Assembly: GCA_044220955.1 (NCBI GenBank)
Contig: JBGAQA010000007.1
Span: 65,402 to 129,401 of the forward strand
DNA length: 64,000 bases
From: Sandaracinaceae bacterium
GTDB lineage: Bacteria; Myxococcota_A; Polyangia; Polyangiales; Sandaracinaceae
Direction: 5' to 3'
Position numbers and translations under genes: made by a program. Of the stretch, positions 52,348 to 60,510 are shown piece by piece. Each line of letters starts with the position of its first letter. The first letter of the stretch is position 1. The notes below the pieces were generated by a model that was not told the DNA's origin, did no database searches, and saw only the letters and a list, made by a program, of their open reading frames with translations.

Positions 52348-52656
52348 TCACTCGGGGAACTGGAAGAGGATCTCGCCGGGCCGCACCATGCCCAGCTCGT
52401 CGCGCGCGATGCGCTCGACCGACGCTTCGTCGCTGCGGAGCGCCTCGACGTCTCGGGCCAGCGCGCGCACCTCGAGCCGCAGCCCCCCGTTCTGGCGCAC
52501 CAGCGACGCCTGCTCTTCGCGCAGTGCGCGGTACCGCGGCAGGCCTTGCTCGCCCGTCACGAGCAGTGGCACCGAGACGATCGCGAGCACGAGCAGCGAG
52601 GTCGGTAGCAGCCAGGCGAACGTGGACGACTCGAGGCGCACGTGGAACACGACCAT
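52348..52656 (-). CDS. ftsB: Septum formation initiator (FtsB/DivIC)
   Basis: TM helix, GEQGL, coiled coil, ERIARDELGMVRPGE. Confidence 0.88.
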   Translation of the reverse strand: MVVFHVRLESSTFAWLLPTSLLVLAIVSVPLLVTGEQGLPRYRALREEQASLVRQNGGLRLEVRALARDVEALRSDEASVERIARDELGMVRPGEILFQFPE

Positions 52657-52755
52657 CGCCCCAAGGCCGGGGAGCGTCCAGAAAGCCGCGCAAACCGGGC
52701 GCTGCCGGCGCGCCGTCGACGCCCGCGTCCGCTATACTCCAGCCTGAACCCGTCC

Positions 52756-54702
52756 ATGAACGAGCGAAGGCAGTCTGCGCCGGTAGCGATCGAACCCCCG
52801 CCGCGCGACACCGATCACGACGCCGTTCCGATCGACCTCGCCGACATCGAGGAGGTGTCCGCGGGCGGGCGCCGCGTCTCGCTCGCGTCGCTCAACAAGC
52901 TCGCGCCCGTCGGGAAGTTCGGCAAGTACCACCTGCTCGGTCGGCTCGCGTACGGAGGCATGGCGGAGATCTTCCTCGCACGCGAGGTCCAGAAGGACGG
53001 CGGCGAGACCCGACTCGGGCGCTTCTGCGTCGTCAAGCGCGTGCTGCCCCACGTCGCGAGCGACCGGCAATTCGTCCACATGTTCATGGACGAGGCGCGC
53101 CTCGTCGTGCAGCTGAGCCACCCCAACATCTGCCACGTGTACGCGTACGGCGAGGAGGAGGGCGCGTCGTACATCGCGATGGAGTGGGTCAACGGCATGC
53201 CCATCAGCAAGACGCTGCGGCGCGCGCGGGACAAGGGCGGCCTCGCCCTGCCGCTCACGCTCAAGGTGATCGCGATGGTCGCCGAGGCGCTCGATCACGC
53301 GCACCGCGCGGTCGATCAGTCCTCGGGCGAGCCGCTCGGCATCGTGCACCGCGACGTCTCGCCGCAGAACGTGATGATCGCCTTCGACGGCGTCGTGAAG
53401 CTGCTGGACTTCGGCATCGCGAAGGCCGCGAGCCACTCCACGCGCACCGAGGCCGGCGTGGTCAAGGGCAAGTTCGCGTACATGTCACCGCAGCAGTGCA
53501 TGGGTGAGCCGATCGACGCGCGCTCGGACGTGTTCGCGCTCGGCGTCGTGCTCTACGAGATGATCGACGGGCACAACCCGTTCAAGAAGCCGGCCGAGTT
53601 CGACACGATGCGAGCGCTCGTCTACGACGAGCCGCCCTCGCTCACCGAGCGCCACCCGCACGTGCCCGAGGAGATCGACGCGATCGTGAGGCGCGCGATC
53701 GCCAAGAAGCCCGAGGACCGCTTCCAGACGGCGAGCGAGATGCAGCTCGCGATCGAGCGCGCGCTCGGGAAGATGGGCGAGGTCGTGACCACCGCGCACA
53801 TCGGCGCCCGGATGCACGAGATCTTCGAGGCGGAGATCCGCGCGGGTCCGCGGCTCGACACCCGCATCACCGTGCCCGAGGAGAAGAAGGAGACGACGGG
53901 CCAGAGCGACACCGGCGCGCGTCCGATCACGCCGCGTCCCAACGCCACCGAGAAGCTCGTCGTGATCCCGGACATGCCGCGGACCGACGCGGCTGCCCCT
54001 CTGCCCGACCGGAACCGGATCCTCGTGCCGGCGCTCGTCGGGCTCGTGCTGATATTGCTCGCCGCGCTCGCCGGCTCGTTCTTGCTCGGCTCGTCGTCGG
54101 GGCCGCTGCGCCCCACGTCGGTCGCGACGGCGCCCGAGGCCGCGACGCACGTGGCGACGCCGTCGGTCGCGCCGTCGGAGCAGCTCGCCACGCTCTTCGT
54201 CGACAGCACGCCGCGTGGCGCCGCGATCCGGCTCGGCGACCGGGGCGAGGTCGGCCACACCCCGATGGAGCTCGCGCTGCTTCCGCCTGGGCAGTGGCCG
54301 CTGCACCTCGCGCTCGATGGCTACGCGCCCTGGGACGGGGACGTCTCGCTCGTCGCCGGGCAGCGAATCGAGGTGCTGCACGCGCTCGACGCGGTCGACG
54401 CCCCGCCTGCCACGGGCGCCCGCACCCCGCCACGTCCGCCGCGCCCCCGCGATCCCGCCCCCGCCACGACGGTCGCCGCCGCGCCCGGGAACCTCGCGAT
54501 CAACACGCGACCCTGGTCGCGCGTGTTCGTCGGCTCGCGCCTGCTCGGCACGACGCCGATCGGACGCGTGGAGGTTCCCTCCGGGAACGTCCGCCTGCGC
54601 TTCGTCGATCGCGACGGCGTCGAGCACACCCGAACCGTGTCGGTCCCCGCGGGCGGCGAGGCGCGCGAGTTCTTCGACCTGACCGTGGACCCCGCGCCCT
54701 AG
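52756..54702 (+). CDS. Membrane Ser/Thr protein kinase with PEGA domains
   Basis: GGMAEIF, VVKR, HRDVSPQN, DFGIAK, YMSPQ (APE variant), TM helix, VDSTPRGA...GHTP, INTRPWSRV...GTTP. Confidence 0.95.
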   Translation: MNERRQSAPVAIEPPPRDTDHDAVPIDLADIEEVSAGGRRVSLASLNKLAPVGKFGKYHLLGRLAYGGMAEIFLAREVQKDGGETRLGRFCVVKRVLPHVASDRQFVHMFMDEARLVVQLSHPNICHVYAYGEEEGASYIAMEWVNGMPISKTLRRARDKGGLALPLTLKVIAMVAEALDHAHRAVDQSSGEPLGIVHRDVSPQNVMIAFDGVVKLLDFGIAKAASHSTRTEAGVVKGKFAYMSPQQCMGEPIDARSDVFALGVVLYEMIDGHNPFKKPAEFDTMRALVYDEPPSLTERHPHVPEEIDAIVRRAIAKKPEDRFQTASEMQLAIERALGKMGEVVTTAHIGARMHEIFEAEIRAGPRLDTRITVPEEKKETTGQSDTGARPITPRPNATEKLVVIPDMPRTDAAAPLPDRNRILVPALVGLVLILLAALAGSFLLGSSSGPLRPTSVATAPEAATHVATPSVAPSEQLATLFVDSTPRGAAIRLGDRGEVGHTPMELALLPPGQWPLHLALDGYAPWDGDVSLVAGQRIEVLHALDAVDAPPATGARTPPRPPRPRDPAPATTVAAAPGNLAINTRPWSRVFVGSRLLGTTPIGRVEVPSGNVRLRFVDRDGVEHTRTVSVPAGGEAREFFDLTVDPAP

Positions 54703-54919
54703 ACACGAACGGCGGTGTCCTCGGACGCTCGACGACGGGCGCACCGCCCCGCGCCGCTACCGTTGACCCGAGCGGCTGTATTTTGGGCCCTCGCGCACCC
54801 GCCGGCGCCGCTCGACTCGGGGAGCGTGACCGAGGCGGGACGGGGTGCGCGAGGGGCTTGCCCCTCGCCTGCGCGAAGCTCGGCCCGTCTCAGCACGCTC
54901 CGGTCACGACACTAATTGG

Positions 54920-55660
54920 TTAGACACTCGGTGCGCGCCGCTTGCGGGGCTTCGCTCGCGGCCCTTCGGCGATCTTCGACCCGACCCGGGGCAGGGCGGG
55001 CGAGCCCTTGGCCCCGAGGGCGCCGCGCTTGACGCCCTCGGACGCGAACCGCACCACGAACGCGACGTACGCGTCGAGGTCTGGATGGTCGCCGGCGCTC
55101 GGGAAGAGCAGGTGCTCTTCGATCAGGGGCAGACCGATCGCGTTCACCACGAGCCGCGTGAGGTGCTCGGCGTCCTGCGCGGGGACCTGCCCGGCCTCCA
55201 CGTACGCCCGGGTCAACATGCGCACGTTCGCGGCCGTCTCCTCGACGAGCATCGCGCGCAGGCGCGGCTGGTACTTCGGAGCCTCGATCGCCAGGTTGAA
55301 CACGAAGCGCACGAAGTGCGGCCAGTCGGTGCGCCCGTAGAGCCAGGTCACGATCGAGGCGAGCAGCGCGGGGACGTCCTCGAAGCGCTCGGGCAGGCGC
55401 CCCTCCGTCGGCATCGATCCGATCCCGCCGAAGCCGAACGAGACGAGGATCTGCTCGACCATGTCCTCCTTGCTGCGGAAGTAGTGGTAGAGCGAGGGCT
55501 GCTGCATCCCGACGCGCCGGGCGAGCTCGCGCAGCGAAGCGCCCCGGTACCCACGCTCCGCGATGAGCCGCATCGCCGTGCGCAGCACCTCCAGGTGCTT
55601 CGGCGGGAGCTTCGCGCCGCCGTAGTCGGAGGGATCGAGGGGCGGCGCGACGTGGGTCAC
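54920..55660 (-). CDS. TetR/AcrR-family regulator
   Basis: RGYRGASLRELARRVGMQQPSLYHYFRSKED. Confidence 0.95.
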   Translation of the reverse strand: MTHVAPPLDPSDYGGAKLPPKHLEVLRTAMRLIAERGYRGASLRELARRVGMQQPSLYHYFRSKEDMVEQILVSFGFGGIGSMPTEGRLPERFEDVPALLASIVTWLYGRTDWPHFVRFVFNLAIEAPKYQPRLRAMLVEETAANVRMLTRAYVEAGQVPAQDAEHLTRLVVNAIGLPLIEEHLLFPSAGDHPDLDAYVAFVVRFASEGVKRGALGAKGSPALPRVGSKIAEGPRAKPRKRRAPSV

Positions 55661-56004
55661 GCCGCTTTCATATCACCGACGGCGGCCGACGCGCGCGCGG
55701 GTGTGCGGGCAGGGGCCGCGTGCACGGCGAGCTCGCGATGGCAGACCGAGCACGTCGGTGGCTCGCTCGCGAGCGCGACCAGGGGTCCGATCGCGAAGCC
55801 CGCGAGCAGGATGAAGGGGACCGTGAACATGATGAAGGGCCCGATGAGCGAGCTGAAGGCGATGAGCGCCAGCGTCAGCGCGACGCTGGCCGTGATGCCG
55901 AGCGAGGCGAAGCGCGCGCGCGGCTTGGTGAGGACGATCCGGGCGCAGTGGCGACAGAATCGGCGCTCCGTCGAGACGAGCAGCGATGGGACGGTGGTGG
56001 CCAT
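55657..56004 (-). CDS. Small membrane protein: CxxC-TM-TM-CxxC
   Basis: FCRHC, two TM helices, TCSVC. GAAAGGA RBS before ATG 56004; stop overlaps the TetR start. Confidence 0.7.
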   Translation of the reverse strand: MATTVPSLLVSTERRFCRHCARIVLTKPRARFASLGITASVALTLALIAFSSLIGPFIMFTVPFILLAGFAIGPLVALASEPPTCSVCHRELAVHAAPARTPARASAAVGDMKAA

Positions 56005-56029
56005 GACGACGTCCTTTCGTGAGACTGGG

Positions 56030-56070
56030 CTATCGAGCGATAGGTTGACGCCTATCGAGCGATAGGTCAA
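56030..56070. promoter_or_regulatory. Tandem palindromic operators, probably for the TetR protein
   Basis: CTATCGAGCGATAG at 56030-56043 and 56052-56065 (22-bp period); minus-strand TTGACC abuts the second copy. Confidence 0.75.
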
Positions 56071-56128
56071 GTCCACGTGCGGCTCCGCGGTCGTCGTCCC
56101 GCCGAGGCGCGGGGCGGACCCGTGACGC

Positions 56129-58144
56129 TCAGGCGGACCAGTGCAGCCGCTCGAGCCGCCCGACGACCGAGCGGAGCAGCGCGCGCGGGCTCGCGCTGCG
56201 CGTGATCTCGCGGCGGACGAACGCGTCGAACTCGGGGTCCTTGGTCGCCCCGCGGACGCTCGCGTGCGTCTTGCGGGCCTGCGTCGCGAGCGCCTCGAGG
56301 TCGGCCCGCGTCAGGCGCTGCACCTCGATCGGCCGGCTCTTCACGAGGCGGCGCCGGAGCATCGCCACGTCCTCGCTCGGCAGGAGCGTCTTCTGCTCCT
56401 CGATCTCGTCGAGCAGCTCCCCCGCCTCGTCTCTCAGCGCGTCGAGCGTCTCGGGCGTGACGGCGAGCACGACGCAGGCGTTCGCGAGGGAGCCGCCGCA
56501 GTAGAACGCGAGCGAGCGGAGCGCCGTGCGTCGCTCGGGCCGCGAAACGCCGGGGCGGTAGAGGTTCTCGGCCTCGTCGAGCACGACCACCGTGCCGGTG
56601 GTCTCGTCGATCGCCCCGAGCAGCGCGAGCCAGAGGTGCACCCGCGCGTACGCGTCCTTGCGGTACGACGCGCCGGCGCTCTTGTCCTCGAGATCGATCG
56701 CCGCGAGCGTCTCGATGACGGCGTGGTGATCGAGCGACTGCGCGTCCGCGCCACGCAGGGCCTTGTGTGCCGCTGGGCTCGCCTCGCTCTCGCTCGCGGC
56801 GATCGCCCGCAGCGTCCCGGCCAGCTTCTTCTCGAGCGTCTTGCTCTCGAGCCACGCGCGCAGGCGGTCGAGCGGTCCAGGCCGGCCGCGCTGCGGAAGG
56901 ACGGAGCCCTCGAGCAGCCGGCGCAGGTGTCGTTGCGGGTTGCCGAGATCCTCGTCGAGCCGCTCGACCGAGAGCCGGAGCACCGACCGGCGGGCCTCGA
57001 GGGCACGCGCCTCGAGGTGGAGCAGGTGGTGCGTCTTGCCGGAGCCGTAGGCGCCCGAGAGGACCGCGAAGACCGATCCGCTCTGGGCCGTCTCGAAGAG
57101 CGCGTCGATGCGCCGGTCGATCGCCTCGAGCCCCACCGTGAGCTCGGGCGTGGCTTCGAGCGGCGGCAGCCCCTGGGCGAGTCGCAAGAGCGTGCGGAGC
57201 GGCGCGGCCTTCCGCGCGTCCACGGGACAGGGCGTGATCGCGAGCGGCTCGATCTCGTCGTCCTCCGGCGGGTCGACGTAGGCCAGGCCCGCGTGCGGGG
57301 CGAGCACGTCCGCGTCGCCGCCGAGAAGGCGCGTGGCGAGCGCCTCGTGCGAGCCGAGCGCGTGCTTGCGGAGCACCAGGCCGGGCGCGCCGAGCAGCAC
57401 GATGCGGCTCGCGATCATCCCACGGTGGCCGTCGGCGTTGTCGCAGAGCTCGCGCAGCACGGTCAGGGCGACGTCGCGGCGGCCCGCCGGCAGATCGACC
57501 ATCGCCTCCGCGTCCGTCAGCAAGAACAGCGTCCCGCGCGCGCCGAGGGTCACGAAGAGACGCGAGAGCTGGGCGAGCGCGCTCTTCGCGGTCCCCGCGG
57601 ACACGGGCCGCTCCGGGATCTCTCCCGCCCCGTCTTCGCCCGTCACCCCGAGCCAGATCCTCAGGCGCTTCGCCTCGGCGCGGCCCGTCGTCGACTCGAG
57701 ATAGCCCCGGACGAGGCCGCGCAGGTCGCCGCCGAGCCCGGCGTCGTCGGCGCGCTCCTCGAAGCGCTCCTTGGCGCGCTTGCCGTGGGCGTCCACGAAG
57801 GCGTCGAGGAGCGCGATGAGGCCGGAGCGCCGCTCGCCGACGTCGTCCGTGCGCACCCCGGCGGCGAACGCGCGGACGATCTCGTCCAGCGTGTGCAGCG
57901 AGCTCTCCGCGAGCGACGCGCGCGCCACCGCGTACCCGGCCTCGAGGGCGCCGCGCGCCAGCGCCGCCACGAGTCCCGGCGTCGGGGCTCGCGTGATGCG
58001 CACCGAGACGGTGGACGCGCCGGCCACGGCCACGTCCGCGAGCGCCTGTAGCTCGGTGTCGACGACGTGGGAGCGCCAGGCTTTCTCGTCGAGCGGCATG
58101 CGGGTCGAGGCTGCGGTCCGCGTCCGGCGCGCGTCAAGCGCCAT
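56129..58144 (-). CDS. Tandem DUF2791 (BrxD-like) P-loop ATPase; N-terminal copy degenerate
   Basis: C-half: LTVGL, GAYGSGKTHHL, VVVLDEAENL. N-half: GYAVARASL, LFLLTDAE, LRELCD, HEALATRL, no Walker A. Confidence 0.75.
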   Translation of the reverse strand: MALDARRTRTAASTRMPLDEKAWRSHVVDTELQALADVAVAGASTVSVRITRAPTPGLVAALARGALEAGYAVARASLAESSLHTLDEIVRAFAAGVRTDDVGERRSGLIALLDAFVDAHGKRAKERFEERADDAGLGGDLRGLVRGYLESTTGRAEAKRLRIWLGVTGEDGAGEIPERPVSAGTAKSALAQLSRLFVTLGARGTLFLLTDAEAMVDLPAGRRDVALTVLRELCDNADGHRGMIASRIVLLGAPGLVLRKHALGSHEALATRLLGGDADVLAPHAGLAYVDPPEDDEIEPLAITPCPVDARKAAPLRTLLRLAQGLPPLEATPELTVGLEAIDRRIDALFETAQSGSVFAVLSGAYGSGKTHHLLHLEARALEARRSVLRLSVERLDEDLGNPQRHLRRLLEGSVLPQRGRPGPLDRLRAWLESKTLEKKLAGTLRAIAASESEASPAAHKALRGADAQSLDHHAVIETLAAIDLEDKSAGASYRKDAYARVHLWLALLGAIDETTGTVVVLDEAENLYRPGVSRPERRTALRSLAFYCGGSLANACVVLAVTPETLDALRDEAGELLDEIEEQKTLLPSEDVAMLRRRLVKSRPIEVQRLTRADLEALATQARKTHASVRGATKDPEFDAFVRREITRSASPRALLRSVVGRLERLHWSA

Positions 58145-58201
58145 CGGGGCCGTGCGCGCGAACGGGCCCCGGCCAGCCCCGGCGGACGCCGGCCTCTTGG
58201 C

Positions 58202-59563
58202 TCACCCGTAGTCCTCGGCGAGCTCACGCACCGCCGCGACCAGCGCGCGTGGGTCGGACTTGCCGAGCACGACGCTGACTCCTGCCGTGCGCGCCTCCTG
58301 CTCGATCGCCGGCGTCACCTCGAACACCGCGAGGACGAACGTGACCCGCGCAAACGCCGGGTTCGCGCGGAGCATCCGGCAGAGGTCGAGCCCGCTCGTG
58401 CCTCCCGGCAGGTGCTGCTGCGCGACGACGAGCGCGATCGACCGATCGCTCATCGCCGCGACCGCCCCCTCCGCGGAGTCGACCTCGATCGTGTCCAGAC
58501 CGGGCGAGACCGCGCCGCGCAGCAGCGCGCGCATCGTCGCCGACGCGTCGACGAGCACTGCCGTGCGCTTGCGCGACGACACGCGCGAAGCCGCGCGGGT
58601 CACCGCCTCCGGCGGGGGCGCGGGGGCCGGGCCCGCGCGCGCGACCCCGAGCACCCGCGCGGCGAGCGTCTCCTGCACGGGCTCGGGCGGCGACGCGACG
58701 AGGACGGCGAGCGCCTCGGCGACCTCGGCGGCTCGCGCGGGGCGCGCGCTCTCTTCCTTCGCGAGGAGGCGCGCGATCACGTCGGCGAGCGCGACGGGCG
58801 TCTCCGGCGCGATCGTGGCGAGGTGCGGCGCCTGCTCGGTCACGACGCGGAACATGCGCGCCTCGTTCGTCGGCGCCGCGAAGGGGACGTGTCCGGCGAC
58901 CATCTCGAAGCCCATGATCCCCAGCGAGAAGAGGTCCGAGCGGTACGTCGGCTCGCCGAGCAGTGCCTCGGGCGCCATGTAGCCGATCTTGCCCTTGACG
59001 CTGCCTGCCGCCGTGTTCACGAGGCGCGCGCTCGCCCGTGCGATGCCGAAGTCGGTGAGCTTCACCTCGCCGTCGCGGGAGACCAGGACGTTGGACGGGC
59101 TCACGTCGCGATGGATCACGCCGAGCGCTTCGCCGCGCTCGTCACGCTTGCGGTGCGCGTAGTCGAGCGCGCGCGCGACCTCGCTCAGCACGAACGCGAC
59201 GACGGCGTAGGGCAGCGGCGACTTCCTCTGGGTGGCGTCCTCCAAGACGCGCACGAGGCTTGGGCCGTCGACGTACTCGAGCAGCAGGTAGTACTGGCCA
59301 TCGTCGTGGCGGAAGTCGAGTACCTGCGCGATGTTGCCGTGCCGCAGCTGCGCGGTGATGCGCGCCTCGTCTCGGAACATGTCGATGAACTCGCGCTCGT
59401 GTGCCAGCTCCGGCAGGACGCGCTTGATCACGACCTCGCGCGAGAAGCCGTCGGCGCCCGCGACCCGGGCCAGGAGCACCTCGGCCATGCCGCCGCGGCC
59501 GATCGTGCCCACGATCTCGTAGGGCCCGATACGCCCGGCCCGGGACGCCGAAGGAACGCTCAC
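58202..59563 (-). CDS. Ser/Thr protein kinase fused to a C-terminal atypical receiver domain
   Basis: GRGGMAEV, VIKR, HRDVSPSN, TDFGIA, YMAPE; then AVLVDAS...LVVAQQHLPGGTSGLDL...VLGKSD. GTG start overlaps the cheB stop. Confidence 0.88.
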   Translation of the reverse strand: MSVPSASRAGRIGPYEIVGTIGRGGMAEVLLARVAGADGFSREVVIKRVLPELAHEREFIDMFRDEARITAQLRHGNIAQVLDFRHDDGQYYLLLEYVDGPSLVRVLEDATQRKSPLPYAVVAFVLSEVARALDYAHRKRDERGEALGVIHRDVSPSNVLVSRDGEVKLTDFGIARASARLVNTAAGSVKGKIGYMAPEALLGEPTYRSDLFSLGIMGFEMVAGHVPFAAPTNEARMFRVVTEQAPHLATIAPETPVALADVIARLLAKEESARPARAAEVAEALAVLVASPPEPVQETLAARVLGVARAGPAPAPPPEAVTRAASRVSSRKRTAVLVDASATMRALLRGAVSPGLDTIEVDSAEGAVAAMSDRSIALVVAQQHLPGGTSGLDLCRMLRANPAFARVTFVLAVFEVTPAIEQEARTAGVSVVLGKSDPRALVAAVRELAEDYG

Positions 59564-60510
59564 GCGCGCGCTCCTGCCTCGCCGCGCAGCGCCCGCGACG
59601 CGATCGCGCCGATGCGGTCGAGCGGGACGACGTGCGCGGCGGCGCCCAGAAGCGCTGCGGCGCGCGGCATCCCGAACACGCGCGAGCTCTCCGCGTCCTG
59701 GGCGATCGTCGTCCAGCCCGCCCGGCGCAGCGAGAGCAGGCCGGCTGCGCCGTCGCTGCCCATGCCCGTGAGCAGCGCCGCCGCGCCGCGCAGCGCCCGT
59801 GCGCGCGCGAGGCTCTCGAGGAGCGTGTCGATGCAGGGATGAAAGGGGTTCTGCGGATCGAGCGGCCCGTAGCGAACGACACCTCGGCCGTCGATGGTCG
59901 GTTGGCGGTCGGCGCGTACCACCAGCGTCACCTCGGCGTCGAGCGCACGTCCCTCGTCGGCGACCTCGACGCGCCGTCTCGAGCGACCGGCGAGCCAGCT
60001 CGCGAGCCCTGCGGCGAAGGAGGCCTCGATGTGCTGGGCGACGACCACGCGCACGGCGAGATCCCTCGAGACGCCGGCGAGCACCTCCGCGAGCGCGTCG
60101 GGGCCCCCCGCGGACGCCGCGATCGCGAGCACCGGCGCTTCCGCGCGGGTCGCGGTGCCCGGGCGCTCTGCGCGGCGATGTCGGGCGATGATCGCGACGA
60201 GGGCGTCGGGCCCGCCCAGCGGCGCGACCTCCACGCCCGCGCCGACCACGCGGTAGAGCGAGTCGAGGCTCGCGCTGGGATCGGCGACCGCCAGCACGAC
60301 CGGTGTGCCGCGCGCCGCGATCTCGCGCGCGCAGGACGCGGCGTCGAGCTCGACGCCGTGCGCGGCGATCACCAGCGCGACCTGGGCGCTGCTCGAAACG
60401 AGCTCCTCGCGCGTCGTCGCCGTCCACGCGACCTCGACGCCGGCGCTCTCCGCGGCACGGCGTAGCGACGCGAGCACCTCGGGCCGCGCGGCTGCGACGC
60501 CGATCTTCAC
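59560..60510 (-). CDS. cheB: Chemotaxis methylesterase (WspF-like) with degenerate receiver
   Basis: AASAGGP, QHI, HPCIDTL, LTGMGSDGA, IAQD, VFGMP. GTGA overlap with the cheA stop. Confidence 0.9.
   Translation of the reverse strand: MKIGVAAARPEVLASLRRAAESAGVEVAWTATTREELVSSSAQVALVIAAHGVELDAASCAREIAARGTPVVLAVADPSASLDSLYRVVGAGVEVAPLGGPDALVAIIARHRRAERPGTATRAEAPVLAIAASAGGPDALAEVLAGVSRDLAVRVVVAQHIEASFAAGLASWLAGRSRRRVEVADEGRALDAEVTLVVRADRQPTIDGRGVVRYGPLDPQNPFHPCIDTLLESLARARALRGAAALLTGMGSDGAAGLLSLRRAGWTTIAQDAESSRVFGMPRAAALLGAAAHVVPLDRIGAIASRALRGEAGARA

Noticed and set aside
56129..59563. BREX type 2 system with the kinase as PglW
   Set aside because: The kinase is short, lacks a NERD domain and is coupled to cheB; pglX, pglY, pglZ and the helicase are absent.
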